64,000 nucleotides of DNA from contig CALNYG010000015.1 of NCBI GenBank assembly GCA_942490825.1, positions 88,073-152,072 on the forward strand. The letters run 5' to 3'. How positions within the stretch are numbered: position 1 is the stretch's first letter; every line of letters begins with the position of its first letter. Below the pieces are notes generated by a model that ran no database searches, was not told the origin of the DNA, and was given only the letters and a program-made list of their open reading frames with translations. Source of the DNA: Candidatus Moraniibacteriota bacterium. GTDB taxonomy: Bacteria > Patescibacteriota > Minisyncoccia > Moranbacterales > GCA-2747515. Positions 33,801 to 43,555 of this stretch are shown here, one piece after another. Made by a program: the position numbers and the translations under genes.

Positions 33801-35856
33801 TGTTACTAAAGATACAAAGGTTGGAAATGCTAATCATGAAATTAAAGTTTCGCAACCTGTTATTTTACGTCCGTATTTGCCAAATATTTTTTACACAGAA
33901 GATGAGGTGAATGTTTCAGTGGAGGCTCAAAATTTTTCTGGAAAGAAAAGGAATTTTCAAGCGAAAATCGAATTTGACGGTGGAGAAGTAAAAAATAATT
34001 TGCAGGAAATTGAAATTGAAGATGGAGAAACGAAAGAAATTATTTTTACAATTTATCCCAAAGAAGAAAAAGATGCTCAATTAACTTTTTCTTTAAATTC
34101 AAAAGATGAGGAATCTGTTGGTGATAAAATTACGAAAAAAGTTTCAATTGAGAAGTTTGGATTTTTAGAAAAAAGTTCTTCAGTGCATAAAGCTAATGAA
34201 AATATAAATTTGCAAATTAATGAAGATGCTTTTAATGATAAAACTGAAGTGAATTTAGAAGTTTCAGCGACTTTATTAGGTTCTTTGCCGAGTGCAATTG
34301 ATTATTTGATAGATTATCCTTATGGTTGTATTGAACAAACAACTAGTCGTTTTAGAGCGGTTTTGGCGGTGAAGCAAAATCCAGAAATTTTTTACAAAGC
34401 TAATCAAGAAAAGGATATTGATGCGATTTTAAATGAAGGAATAAAACGATTGAGTAAAATGCAAAATTCTGATGGTGGCTGGAGCTGGTGGAGCAGTAAA
34501 AAATCATCACCGTTTATTTCTATTTATGTGGCGGAAAGTTTACTAGAGGCAAAAGAGGTTGGGGTTGAGGTTGATGAAGAAATGATTAATTCTGCTGAAA
34601 AATATTTTTCTGAGTATTACTATTCTGAATTTAAACGACTTGAATCAGATGTAGACAAAAAAGAAAGATTAATTGTTGTAAGATATGGAAATTCACTTTT
34701 TGGAAAAAATAATGGAATGGTGCAGCTTTATTCTAATTTAGATCCAGATATGATCGCTTTGGGTGTGATGGCAAATATTCGAAATGGTTTCACTAATCCG
34801 AATGAAAATGGTTTAAATATTTTAAAAAATAAACTTCAACAGGAGGGTAATTACAAATATTGGTTAAGTGCTGATTATAATCGCTTTGGTTCAGCAGATG
34901 CTTCAACGGCATTGGGATTGAGGGCTTTTTTGATGGCTGATGTTGAAAAAGATGAGATTGATAGTATTGTTAAATATTTGACGAATTCGAGGAAAAGACA
35001 ATATTGGAATAGCACTTTTGCAACCTCGAAAGTTATTGGTGCTTTGATGGATTATGCTGATAAGCATGAATATAATTTAAAAGTTAATAAAAATATTCAG
35101 ATTTACAATGATGGAGAGAACATTTTAAATGAAACTTTAAGTTTGAAAAATCATTCTGTAAATATTCCTGTTTCTGTTAATGATATTAAAAAAGAAGGTT
35201 CTAATTTGAAAGTTCAGAGCAATGATGACGTATATATTACTTTGATCAAGAAAGAATTTAGAACAGATAGAAATGCTCAGGTTGTAAGTAATGGCATTTC
35301 AATTGAGAGAAATTATATAAATAAAAATGAAACAGGTGAGATTGGTAAGGGAGATATTGTAGATGTTGAGGTGAAAGTGAGTGGTTTAAATAAAGATAAC
35401 GCATATTTAGTAGTGGAAGATAAGTTGCCAGCCGGTTTAATTCCTGTAAATGAAAATTTGAAAAATGTTTCTTCTGAAAGTGACGCTTATATAAATTATG
35501 ACTATGCCCAGCGGGAATATACTAAAAATGGTGTTATTCTTCATAGAGAGAATATTAACTCAGGTTCATTAATTTTCAATTATAAAGCTAAAGCGATTGC
35601 TAGCGGAGTTTTTATTGATCCGCCAACGGTGGCTGAGATGATGTACAATCCTGATATTTATGCTCGAACTGGTGTACAGACTTTAGAAATTAGTTTGGAA
35701 TCCCAGAAAGAAAGTTTGGAAGATTTCAATGCTGAAATGAAATCTTGGTTTAAAAAAATATTTGGATATAGTCGAGAGATTTTGGTTATCTTTGTTTCGT
35801 TTGTTGTGATTACTTACGGAATTATTGTGTTGGTTAGAGATAAATTTAAGGTTTAA
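30868..35856 (+). CDS. bacterial alpha-2-macroglobulin family protein with a thioester motif and an inserted Hint domain
   Basis: 1662 aa. Signal peptide with lipobox-like LFSC. MG-domain body. Post-bait signature FKDVAYWNPKIVTDKNGEAEVSFKLSDDLTTW. Thioester GCIEQ (CIEQ at 34327-34338). C-terminal TM helix. Confidence 0.85.
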   Translation: MKKAFLLLGMITLFSCFPMFRSVFQQEAKAEDKPEPSLYLTGKNIYQRNGLISFTSQESAVVEVEGRDLEESEITIDVYDADMQDVLRFLTYDDEDKQINSEVSLEGRDEIATFVTKWKDSFELPFGDKNGVLLIHAKAGELEIYSFAIRSNVGAVVTEVQDELLIWSQNFDTKRKENNQNVVFYSLKNNVLKQKSVTTNSEGIATTPISSQYDIAIVGDGDDLAFVPIGMRQLGYGGNYSFANQSPNSKFFIFTDRSLYKPGDKIYFKSILRDDNDVNFVIPSGNWRAKIVYGWGDSEEIIREQNFTVNEYGTFDGEFKLPENVNTGEYRFVVEKIDEEQKSSDYWWDEGYGEVYFQVEHYRKPEYTLDMEVDQTQLINGKNITFNIEGEYFSGQPLNGVEVEYTVRESDFYNSTFYYPQQIDNFNYRRYYGKEIEKGKAVLDADGSAQVSVNTDIKDGENKIYSIELSYASEAGGENVREQKNVLVFAGEYNIYRESHKYSFHVDEEIKLDLILKENKEKADLAGKKLTVAPKRIWWEKELVDDLRDKSRYNYKRKEEILENFEIITDSQDRAVLRFNPQKSGSYEFKVKSMDSQDNSIEKTFSVWVSDKYYSYSGQGSKELNVILDKNSYEPGENVTASISSEMPDRDILFSVGRNFIHEYKVVSMNGNSVNVDFQVSDDYMPSAKVEAVSFSSDKINTSSTSLQVSAQKKRLDISIETDKDIYSAGEEVKATVKVTDQNGEPQKSEVALWAVDKALFELSDPSGQKSFDSFWNYRYGNVSFTHSLRGLSINAAEKGGCFKAGSQILMSDSSTKNIEEVKVGDFVLTRENENSENLVKEKVIKTHNVEVDGYFVINNNLNVTENHVVRVNDEWRRADQIKIGNYLIDRDGKNVTVESIEWRKEKTMVYNLEIEDKHSYFVNGVWVHNGKSGGAGRSVFKDVAYWNPKIVTDKNGEAEVSFKLSDDLTTWAFSAVGVTKDTKVGNANHEIKVSQPVILRPYLPNIFYTEDEVNVSVEAQNFSGKKRNFQAKIEFDGGEVKNNLQEIEIEDGETKEIIFTIYPKEEKDAQLTFSLNSKDEESVGDKITKKVSIEKFGFLEKSSSVHKANENINLQINEDAFNDKTEVNLEVSATLLGSLPSAIDYLIDYPYGCIEQTTSRFRAVLAVKQNPEIFYKANQEKDIDAILNEGIKRLSKMQNSDGGWSWWSSKKSSPFISIYVAESLLEAKEVGVEVDEEMINSAEKYFSEYYYSEFKRLESDVDKKERLIVVRYGNSLFGKNNGMVQLYSNLDPDMIALGVMANIRNGFTNPNENGLNILKNKLQQEGNYKYWLSADYNRFGSADASTALGLRAFLMADVEKDEIDSIVKYLTNSRKRQYWNSTFATSKVIGALMDYADKHEYNLKVNKNIQIYNDGENILNETLSLKNHSVNIPVSVNDIKKEGSNLKVQSNDDVYITLIKKEFRTDRNAQVVSNGISIERNYINKNETGEIGKGDIVDVEVKVSGLNKDNAYLVVEDKLPAGLIPVNENLKNVSSESDAYINYDYAQREYTKNGVILHRENINSGSLIFNYKAKAIASGVFIDPPTVAEMMYNPDIYARTGVQTLEISLESQKESLEDFNAEMKSWFKKIFGYSREILVIFVSFVVITYGIIVLVRDKFKV
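33271..33657 (+). other. Hint / bacterial intein-like (BIL) domain, 129 aa, in-frame inside the A2M gene
   Basis: Block A CFKAGSQILMSD...VGDFVL, block B VTENH (TxxH), block F VYNLEIEDKHSYFVNG, block G VWVHN. The residue after HN is Gly. Confidence 0.75.
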
Positions 35857-35973
35857 TATAAAAAATAAATTAAGATTTTATAATTTTGAAATGTAGTAGA
35901 TGGTTTTAAACCATTTGTTATTTATATTTTTAAGCTATTGTTATTATAGATACAAAATTATATTTTAAAAAAA

Positions 35974-36876
35974 ATGTTGAAAAATTATTGGAAAATTTCT
36001 ATAGCTTTAGGTTGTTTGATGGTAGTAGTTTTAATTATTTTTTTACAAACTGGAGTTGAAGAAATTGATTCTAAGGTTAATTTAAATGATCAAGTGATTA
36101 GTTCTAATAATGATTTATTTTTTGATCAGCAACTTTTTGATTATGGAATTAGAAGTGTTAAAAATGATCGAAATATTCAAGAAGAGATTAAAGGCGTGAT
36201 CGTTCCGCATCACTTATTAGCAAGTCATATTATTGCTGATACACTTCATGAGATTTTACGACCAGAAATTAAAAAAGTGATTATTATTGGTCCAGACCAT
36301 TGGGAAAAAAATTCTGGATCTATTTCGACCAGTGATTATGATTGGGAAACGCCTTTTGGAAATATTATTTCTAATAATGATATAATTAATTCTCTAAATA
36401 ATGCTGATTATATAAATATCGAATCAAATGTTTTAAAAAATGAACATTCGATTGGCGGATTAATTCCTTTTATTTCTTATTATTCTTCGGATATTGAAAT
36501 AGTTCCTTTGGTAATAAGTCAGAAAATAACTGAAGAAGAAATTGATGATATTGTTGAGAGGTTGTATGAATTATCTCAAGATGAATCGGTAGCGATTGTA
36601 GTTTCAGTAGATTTTTCACATTATTTAACAAGTACAGAAGCAGAAAGGAATGATAAAATTTCTCTTCAGGTGATCGAAAATAAAGATTATGATGAGTTAC
36701 TCGGTTTTAATAATGACTATGTTGATTCTCCGCAATCTTTGGTGATTTTTTTGAAAACTCTAGACCATTTAGAGATGGATAATTTAAAAGTTTTACATAA
36801 TACAACTTCAGGTAAGATGATGAATGATGAGTCTATAAAAGAAGTAACTAGTTATTTTGGAATTATTTTTTGGTAA
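35974..36876 (+). CDS. Memo-like / AmmeMemoRadiSam system protein B family, membrane-anchored
   Basis: GVIVPHHLLAS, IIIGPDHW and NEHSIGGLIPF resemble Memo/LigB-superfamily motifs. It has an N-terminal TM helix. Confidence 0.55.
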   Translation: MLKNYWKISIALGCLMVVVLIIFLQTGVEEIDSKVNLNDQVISSNNDLFFDQQLFDYGIRSVKNDRNIQEEIKGVIVPHHLLASHIIADTLHEILRPEIKKVIIIGPDHWEKNSGSISTSDYDWETPFGNIISNNDIINSLNNADYINIESNVLKNEHSIGGLIPFISYYSSDIEIVPLVISQKITEEEIDDIVERLYELSQDESVAIVVSVDFSHYLTSTEAERNDKISLQVIENKDYDELLGFNNDYVDSPQSLVIFLKTLDHLEMDNLKVLHNTTSGKMMNDESIKEVTSYFGIIFW

Positions 36877-36949
36877 ATTTATTTTACAAATCTAGTTTAT
36901 TTATGTATTATTGGAAAATATTTTATTAATTTTTTAAAATAATTATAAT

Positions 36950-37855
36950 ATGGTTTGTGGAAAATGTGGAATAAGTATTTCAGATAATGAAAATCTTTGT
37001 GAGAATTGTAAGTCTGTTAATGATCCAAATGTAAATTTAGACAAGAAGTCTCAATTGAGAAAATGGTTTAGTGTTATTTTTTTAATTTCGTTGATAATTC
37101 CTATTTTTGGCGGAAGAATTTTAGGAATTGTTAATAACAAATCAGTCAATCAAGGCGATCAGGCTTTAGAAAAGTTAAATGAGGGAGATTCAGAAGAGGC
37201 TATTCAAGAAATAGATAAAGCATTGAAGATAACTGTAGACAAGGATAATAAAGTAATTTTGCTTGTAAATAAAGCTTATGCTTATATATATGAAGGAAAT
37301 AATGAGATGGCTTTAAATTCTCTTAAAGAAGCTCTTGCTTTAACTAAAGAAGGAGAGTCAGATTATTATTTAATTTCTGGTGAAATTGCTATTTTAGAGA
37401 ATAATGCTGGAATTGCTTTAGAAAATCTTAATAAAGCTCATGAATTAAAACCTGATGATTTTCAAATTAATAGTTCGTTATTTAATTTCTATATCGATGA
37501 AAATATGAATTCGGTTGATGTTGCTAAAGCTTTGGAATATGCTAAAAAGGCAGATGAAGTTGCTGAAGTTATAAATAAAGATGTTGCCAAAGAAAATCTA
37601 GCCGTTGCTTATTATCACAATTATATGACTGACGAAGCTTTGGAAATATTTTTGTCTTTCGATTTAAATAAAAAACCTTATACAGCAAGTTGGATTGCGT
37701 ATAGTTATCTCGATAAGGAGGATGAACAAAATGCAAAAGTTTATTTTCAAAAGGCTAAGGATTTAGGTATTGAATTAAATCCAGAAATAGAAGCGTTTCT
37801 TTCTGGGACAGAAACAGAGACTCTTAATGAGGTTACTGAAGATGTTGATAACTAG
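36950..37855 (+). CDS. zinc-ribbon, TM and TPR-repeat protein
   Basis: N-terminal CGKC...CENC, one TM helix, then TPR-like helical repeats (EAIQEIDKALKI..., ALNSLKEALAL...). Confidence 0.55.
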   Translation: MVCGKCGISISDNENLCENCKSVNDPNVNLDKKSQLRKWFSVIFLISLIIPIFGGRILGIVNNKSVNQGDQALEKLNEGDSEEAIQEIDKALKITVDKDNKVILLVNKAYAYIYEGNNEMALNSLKEALALTKEGESDYYLISGEIAILENNAGIALENLNKAHELKPDDFQINSSLFNFYIDENMNSVDVAKALEYAKKADEVAEVINKDVAKENLAVAYYHNYMTDEALEIFLSFDLNKKPYTASWIAYSYLDKEDEQNAKVYFQKAKDLGIELNPEIEAFLSGTETETLNEVTEDVDN

Positions 37856-37911
37856 TAATTTTGTTAATTTTATTCTATAATAAGAATAGTTAATCATTAA
37901 AATATAAAAAT

Positions 37912-38676
37912 ATGGCGTTATTACTTCCAATAATTGTGATAGGAGGATTTATCATACTGATTTCAATTAGACAGATTAATCAATATGAAAAAGGTTTAAA
38001 ATTTACGTTAGGAAAATTTTCAAGTGAGATGATGCCGGGGTGGAGACTTGTCATTCCTGTTTTTCAGAGTTATCGAAAAGTAGATATGCGTGTGAAGGCA
38101 GTAGATGTTCCAGATCAAGAAGCTATTACTAAAGACAATATTTCTGTGCGAGTAAATGCAGTAATTTATTATCGAGTAAGTAGTGCAACCAGAGCAATTT
38201 TAGAAGTGGAAAATTACTACTTTGCAATTTCTCAATTAGCACAAACAACAATGCGTAATATTGTAGGTGAAGTTGAATTAGATGGATTACTTTCTAAACG
38301 ACAAGAGGTAGCGGAAAAAATTAGAATGATTATTGACAAAGCGTCAGATAATTGGGGAATTGAGGTTCAAACAGTAGAACTTAAAGATGCTGTTTTACCT
38401 GAAAATATGAAACGTACTATTGCTAAACAAGCAGAAGCTGAACGAGAAAAGCGAGCTGTGATTATTAAAGCTGAAGGTGAGGTTCTTGCAGCGGAAAATA
38501 TGTCTAGAGCTGCTTCATTGCTTAATAAAGAGCCTGGAGCTTTGCATTTACGAACTTTGCAAACATTAAATGATCTTTCTTCTGATCAATCTAATACTGT
38601 TGTTTTTGCTGTTCCATTAGAGATTTTGAGAGGTTTTGAAAAGGTTGCAAGTAATCTTGGAGGTATTAATAAATAA
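37912..38676 (+). CDS. SPFH/band-7 (stomatin-like) protein
   Basis: N-terminal TM helix. An SPFH domain followed by AEAEREKRAVIIKAEGE, typical of slipins. Confidence 0.85.
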   Translation: MALLLPIIVIGGFIILISIRQINQYEKGLKFTLGKFSSEMMPGWRLVIPVFQSYRKVDMRVKAVDVPDQEAITKDNISVRVNAVIYYRVSSATRAILEVENYYFAISQLAQTTMRNIVGEVELDGLLSKRQEVAEKIRMIIDKASDNWGIEVQTVELKDAVLPENMKRTIAKQAEAEREKRAVIIKAEGEVLAAENMSRAASLLNKEPGALHLRTLQTLNDLSSDQSNTVVFAVPLEILRGFEKVASNLGGINK

Positions 38677-38700
38677 GAGATTATTTTAAAATATATTTTT

Positions 38701-38733
38701 AAAGGAATTGGTCTTGTACTAATTCCTTTTTTT
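38701..38733 (+). terminator. terminator after the SPFH gene
   Basis: Stem AAAGGAATT/AATTCCTTT followed by a T run. Confidence 0.6.
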
Positions 38734-38745
38734 CGTTTGGTATTC

Positions 38746-38870
38746 CGTAGGGAACGCACATGTGCGTTCCCTACGATGGAATGGTGAATGTGATAAAATT
38801 GAAGTTTTATGTGGAGGTTTGTCAGTGGCAAACGCTTACTATTATGTATCATAGCCCGTGCGGCGAGCAC
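38746..38870 (+). repeat. intergenic hairpin-repeat cluster R6
   Basis: 38746-38775 is the perfect 30-nt palindrome CGTAGGGAACGCACATGTGCGTTCCCTACG. attatgtatcat plus AGCCCGTGCGGCGAGCAC lies at 38853-38870. Confidence 0.85.
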
Positions 38871-38893
38871 TGTTATTTTTCTTAAAAATCGTC

Positions 38894-38922
38894 TCGACAA
38901 TAAGGTTTTCGCATGGTATTAT
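38894..38922 (+). promoter_or_regulatory. candidate promoter of the 39007 gene
   Basis: TCGACA, a 17-nt spacer, then TGGTATTAT. It starts 24 nt after the AGCCCGTGCGGC unit. Confidence 0.4.
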
Positions 38923-39006
38923 AGTAGTGTAGATTACTATAAAATCAGAGGTTTTTTCGGTTGATTTACAGTGTTTTCGGTAAAGTAATTAAATTAAAAT
39001 ATTTTT

Positions 39007-39672
39007 ATGCATATTAATTATTATGGTTTGTCTTGTTTCAAAATAGTAGCTAAAACTGAAGGGCGTGGCAGTGAAGATGTGACTATATTTTTTTCTCCGT
39101 ATAGTAAAAGTGTTGGTTTGCGACCACCTCAATCGAATGCGGATATTGTACTTTTGTCTCATGATGGTGAAATGTTTAATGAATCGGATAGTTTTCGTGG
39201 AGAGCCATTGGTTTTTAATGCTCCGGGAGAGTATGCGGCTAAGGGTGTGAGTATTATTGGCATGGATTCTTCTGCTGATCCTAAAGGTGGAGAAATCAGG
39301 GGGAATACGGTTGTTTTTTCTTTGGATGTTGAAGGGATTAAAGTTGTTCATTTGGGAGCAATTGGGTCTGAACCGAGTGAGAAGGTTTATGATTCGATTT
39401 CTGGTGCGGATATTTTGTTTTTGCCGATTGGTGATATGGCGGGTATTGATGGTAAGACTGCAGAGACGATTGCTCGAAAGGTTGAGCCGAAAATTATTAT
39501 TCCGATGCAATATAATTTGAAAGGTTTGAAGAAATTTAAGGAATTACATGATGAGAGTGATTTTTGTTCAAATATTGGGAATTGTCCGAAGAAAGGTGAG
39601 GATAAATTAGTGATTAAAAAAAGTGATATTGGAGAAGGTGTGATGGAAGTTAGGAAGTTGAATGTTTCGTAA
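39007..39672 (+). CDS. MBL-fold (UPF0173-like) protein with a degenerate metal-binding motif
   Basis: MHINYYGLSCFKI... resembles UPF0173 metal-dependent hydrolases. The HxHxDH position reads LLSHDGEM. The gene is rich in G-ending codons. Confidence 0.4.
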   Translation: MHINYYGLSCFKIVAKTEGRGSEDVTIFFSPYSKSVGLRPPQSNADIVLLSHDGEMFNESDSFRGEPLVFNAPGEYAAKGVSIIGMDSSADPKGGEIRGNTVVFSLDVEGIKVVHLGAIGSEPSEKVYDSISGADILFLPIGDMAGIDGKTAETIARKVEPKIIIPMQYNLKGLKKFKELHDESDFCSNIGNCPKKGEDKLVIKKSDIGEGVMEVRKLNVS

Positions 39673-39699
39673 ATTATACTTGAAAATTAATTTTGTTTT

Positions 39700-40080
39700 A
39701 TGAAAAAAGTTTTAGATTGGTTTAGAAATTTGTCTTTGAAATGGAAATTAACTTTTTTGTTATTTGGAATCTCGAGTATATTTTTTATATTTGAATACTT
39801 ACTTTTAGAATCATCTTCCTATTACAAAATATTTATTGGTGGACTTTGGGTTATTTTTGAAGTTGTTATCAGCTTGTTTGGGAATGTCTCAGAAGAATTA
39901 TTTTTTTTGATTTGGCTTTCTATTTTTTTCTTATACTGTCTATGTTTTGGTTATTTTTTTGAAATTTTATTTAAAAAATTTAATTTTAAAGTTACCTTTA
40001 AAAATGTATGTTTAGTACTGATATTCTTTATTATTTTAGATTTTATTTTATCTAAAATTATTTTTAATATTTATAGTTAA
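39700..40080 (+). CDS. hypothetical membrane protein
   Basis: 126 aa with four hydrophobic helices. No motif recognised. Confidence 0.45.
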   Translation: MKKVLDWFRNLSLKWKLTFLLFGISSIFFIFEYLLLESSSYYKIFIGGLWVIFEVVISLFGNVSEELFFLIWLSIFFLYCLCFGYFFEILFKKFNFKVTFKNVCLVLIFFIILDFILSKIIFNIYS

Positions 40081-40116
40081 TTTTTAATTAAAATATACAT
40101 AATTAAAAACAAAAAT

Positions 40117-40452
40117 ATGTTTAATATCGAACAAAAAATTGAAGAAATTCGACAGAAGCCAGAACATATTCGGTTGCGGTATACTTGGGGGGCAGTTTCA
40201 GTTTGTATGGTGGCGGTGTTGATGATTTGGTTTATTTCGATTAAAGTTAATTTTTCGAGTTTTGATGATAATGTTGGCGGTACGGTTAGTGATGCGAAAA
40301 ATCAGTTTGATATTTTGGAAAGTGGTCAGGACCCAGAGGCTGGTTTTGTTGGTGATGATTTGGATAGTAGTGAGTCGAGTTCAATTGATAAATTATTGGA
40401 AGAAGCGAGACAGAGTGAGGAATTACAGGGTGGTGAAGGGGTTGTGCAGTAG
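40117..40452 (+). CDS. hypothetical single-pass membrane protein
   Basis: 111 aa with one TM helix and an acidic C-terminus. Rich in G-ending codons. Confidence 0.45.
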   Translation: MFNIEQKIEEIRQKPEHIRLRYTWGAVSVCMVAVLMIWFISIKVNFSSFDDNVGGTVSDAKNQFDILESGQDPEAGFVGDDLDSSESSSIDKLLEEARQSEELQGGEGVVQ

Positions 40453-40472
40453 GTTTTAAAAAACCTAATTGT

Positions 40473-40951
40473 GTCATTTCGACTGAAGCGTAGCGGAATG
40501 GAGAAATCTCAAAGTTTACAGACAATCATAAAGTTTTGAGATTTCTCGACTTCGCTATCGCTACACTCGAGATGACAATATAAAGGTTTTTTAAGAGGTC
40601 TGATAAATAAAGTTTTTTGAAAAACTCATCATTATGTTATTTTTGAAATTTAAAATAATGATGTGTTTTGTTTTTATATTTTAAAATTAGTTTTCTTGTC
40701 ATTCTGAACGAAATAATTTTTATAAAATTCTTAATGTTTTTGGTAAAAATTATGTAGTGAAGAATCTTAGTAAGTTTTTCTGACACTTTAGTTTTAAAGT
40801 TTCATGATTCTCTGTGGGGGATTCTTCACTTCATAAATTTATCTGCGATAAATTTATTACGTTCAGAATGACAGGAAGTTTATAGAGTTTCGAAAAATGT
40901 TGAATGGTGAAAAGCCCGTGCGGCGAGCCTGCCTGTTCGGCAGACAGGCAC
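40473..40951. repeat. intergenic hairpin-repeat cluster R7
   Basis: 40473-40577 is a large imperfect hairpin (gtcatttcgactgaagcgtagcggaatggagaaatctc ... gagatttctcgacttcgctatcgctacactcgagatgac). Module A occurs inverted at 40697-40766 and forward at 40820-40874. The AGCCCGTGCGGCGAGC unit with nested hairpin is at 40913-40951, upstream of gyrA. Confidence 0.85.
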
Positions 40952-41013
40952 TGTTATTTTTTTAAAGTGAAGATTTTTTTATTAGAGTAAATTTAAAGTT
41001 AATAAATTACAAT

Positions 41014-43479
41014 ATGAGTAAGAAAAAAGAAGTTGAAAAACCAGAAATAAAGTTAGCAGCTGTGACCAGCAGATCAATCACAACTGAGATGGAAAAGTCA
41101 TATTTAGAATATGCGATGAGTGTTATTATTTCTCGTGCGTTACCAGATGTTCGTGATGGATTAAAACCAGTACATCGACGTATTCTTTATTCAATGTGGA
41201 AAACAGGACTACGACCGAGTGCTAAATTTAGGAAAAGTGCGACGGTAGTTGGTGAAGTGCTTGGTAAGTATCATCCGCATGGTGATATAGCCGTTTACTA
41301 TTCTATGGTTCGTATGGCTCAGGATTTTTCTTTGCGTTACCCATTGATTTGGGGTCAGGGAAACTTTGGTTCTATGGATGGAGATAATCCAGCTGCATAT
41401 CGTTATACTGAGTCAAAATTGCAAAGAATTGCTGAGGAGATGCTTTTTGATATTGAGAAAAATACAGTAGATTTTAAACCAAACTTTGATGGTGTACATA
41501 AAGAGCCGACTGTTTTGCCAGCAAAATTGCCACAATTACTTTTGAATGGAACGATGGGTATTGCGGTTGGTATGGCGACTAATATTCCTCCACATAACCT
41601 TAATGAACTTTCAGGTGCTATCGCTCATCTTATTGATAATCCAAAAGCGGATGTTGATGATTTAATGAAGTTTGTAAAAGGTCCAGATTTTCCAACAGGT
41701 GGAGTTATTTATAATAAAAAAGATATTCGTGAAGCATATGCAACAGGAAAAGGAAAAATTGCGATGCGAGCGAAAGCGGAAATACTTGAATCTAAAGCAG
41801 GACAATTTTCAATTATTGTTACAGAAGTTACTTATCAAACTAACAAAGCAACTTTAATTGAAAAGATCGCAAATTTAGTTAAAGATAAAAAAATTCAAGG
41901 TATTAAAGCTTTACGTGACGAATCAAATAAAGATGGTGTACGAATTGTAATTGAATTGAAAAAAGAAGCTTATCCACAAAAACTTTTAAACAAATTGTAT
42001 TCTTTAACAGATTTACAGAAGAATTTTAATGTTAATATGTTGGCGTTAGTGGATGGAATTGAACCACGGATTTTAAATTTGAAAGAAATTTTTGAACATT
42101 ATATTATTCATCGAAAAGAGGTCGTTAGACGTTATACTCAGTTTGATTTAGATAAAGCAATAGAGCGAGCACATATCTTAGAAGGTTTGAAAAAGGCTTT
42201 GGATCATATTGATGAGGTAATTAAGACAATTCGAGCTTCAAAAACTCGTGAACTAGCTCATCAGAATTTGATGAAGAAATTTAAGTTTACCGACATTCAA
42301 ACGACGGCAATTTTAGAAATGCGTTTGCAGACTTTAGCTGGTTTAGAGAGAGAAAAAATTGAAGATGAATTGAAAGAGAAATTAGCTTTAATTAAAAAAT
42401 TAGAAGCAATTTTGAAGAGTGAAAAAAAGATTTTAAGTATAGTTAAAAATGATCTTTTAGAATTGACTGAAAAATATGGTGATCCTCGAAAAACCCGAGT
42501 GATTGCAGGTGGTATTCAGGATTTCAAACAAGAAGATTTAGTGCCGAACGAAGAGGCAATTATTACTATTACAAATGATGGTTATATTAAACGAATGGCA
42601 CCAGATGCTTACAAAGTTCAAAAGCGAGGTGGAAAAGGTGTTGTTGGTGCGAAGTCTCGAGATAATATTAGTGTTGATTATATGTTGAGTGTTACGACTC
42701 ATGATAATTTGTTGTTCTTCACAAATTTAGGAAAAGTTTATCAAATTAAGGCTTACGAAATTCCAGAAAGTGCTCGAACTGCGAAAGGTAATGCAGTAGT
42801 TAACTTCTTACAACTCGCTCAAAATGAGTCTGTTACTGAAGTTGTACCTTTCAATAAAGAAGATGATGTTAAATTTTTGTTAATGACTACGGAACAAGGT
42901 GTGGTTAAAAAGACAAAGATTGAGGATTTTGAAAATGTTCGTCGTTCTGGTTTGATTGCAATTAATCTTCACAAAGATGATAAGTTAAAATGGGTAAAGC
43001 CGACGACTAGCACAGACGAGGTTGTTTTGGTTACTTTGAATGGTCAGGCGATTCATTTTAAGGAAGTTAATGTTCGGGCGATGGGACGATCTGCAGCTGG
43101 TGTGCGAGCGATTAAACTTAAAAATAATGATAAGGTTGTGGGAATGGATGTTGTGTTCAAGAATCAAAAAGGTGCTCAACTTTTGATTATTACGGAAAAT
43201 GGTTTAGGTAAGCGGACTGATTTGAAATATTACAAGATCCAAAATCGTGGTGGTAGTGGTATTAAGACTGCGAATATTACGGATAAGACTGGGAAGATTG
43301 TGAGTGGTTATATTGTGAATGAGGCGGATAAGGAGAGTGATATTATTATTACGAGTGTGAAGGGTCAGATTATTAGGATTTCGCTTGGGGATATTTCTGT
43401 TTTGAGTCGGGCTACGCAGGGGGTTAGGGTTATGAGACCGAAGAGTGGGGATTTTATTAGTGCTACTACTATTTTGTAA
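41014..43479 (+). CDS. gyrA: DNA gyrase subunit A
   Basis: [12 protein letters not shown], the active-site region [10 protein letters not shown], and C-terminal beta-pinwheel repeats. 821 aa. Confidence 0.95.
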   Translation: MSKKKEVEKPEIKLAAVTSRSITTEMEKSYLEYAMSVIISRALPDVRDGLKPVHRRILYSMWKTGLRPSAKFRKSATVVGEVLGKYHPHGDIAVYYSMVRMAQDFSLRYPLIWGQGNFGSMDGDNPAAYRYTESKLQRIAEEMLFDIEKNTVDFKPNFDGVHKEPTVLPAKLPQLLLNGTMGIAVGMATNIPPHNLNELSGAIAHLIDNPKADVDDLMKFVKGPDFPTGGVIYNKKDIREAYATGKGKIAMRAKAEILESKAGQFSIIVTEVTYQTNKATLIEKIANLVKDKKIQGIKALRDESNKDGVRIVIELKKEAYPQKLLNKLYSLTDLQKNFNVNMLALVDGIEPRILNLKEIFEHYIIHRKEVVRRYTQFDLDKAIERAHILEGLKKALDHIDEVIKTIRASKTRELAHQNLMKKFKFTDIQTTAILEMRLQTLAGLEREKIEDELKEKLALIKKLEAILKSEKKILSIVKNDLLELTEKYGDPRKTRVIAGGIQDFKQEDLVPNEEAIITITNDGYIKRMAPDAYKVQKRGGKGVVGAKSRDNISVDYMLSVTTHDNLLFFTNLGKVYQIKAYEIPESARTAKGNAVVNFLQLAQNESVTEVVPFNKEDDVKFLLMTTEQGVVKKTKIEDFENVRRSGLIAINLHKDDKLKWVKPTTSTDEVVLVTLNGQAIHFKEVNVRAMGRSAAGVRAIKLKNNDKVVGMDVVFKNQKGAQLLIITENGLGKRTDLKYYKIQNRGGSGIKTANITDKTGKIVSGYIVNEADKESDIIITSVKGQIIRISLGDISVLSRATQGVRVMRPKSGDFISATTIL

Positions 43480-43507
43480 GTCATTCTTGTAGTTTTCTGA
43501 TATAATA

Positions 43508-43535
43508 AAAGCAATGATTTATTTCATTGCTTTTT
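43508..43535 (+). terminator. terminator after gyrA
   Basis: Stem AAAGCAATGA/TCATTGCTTT followed by T residues. Confidence 0.6.
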
Positions 43536-43555
43536 AAATTGTAATCAAAATATTT

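Noticed and set aside
38989-39510. 173-aa minus-strand ORF, with similar antisense ORFs at 22189-22563, 46386-46879, 38586-38900 and 40286-40525
   Set aside because: They are shadows of G/T-rich plus-strand genes or of repeat DNA. Their translations are low-complexity (R/N/H/I-rich), and they overlap well-supported genes on the other strand.
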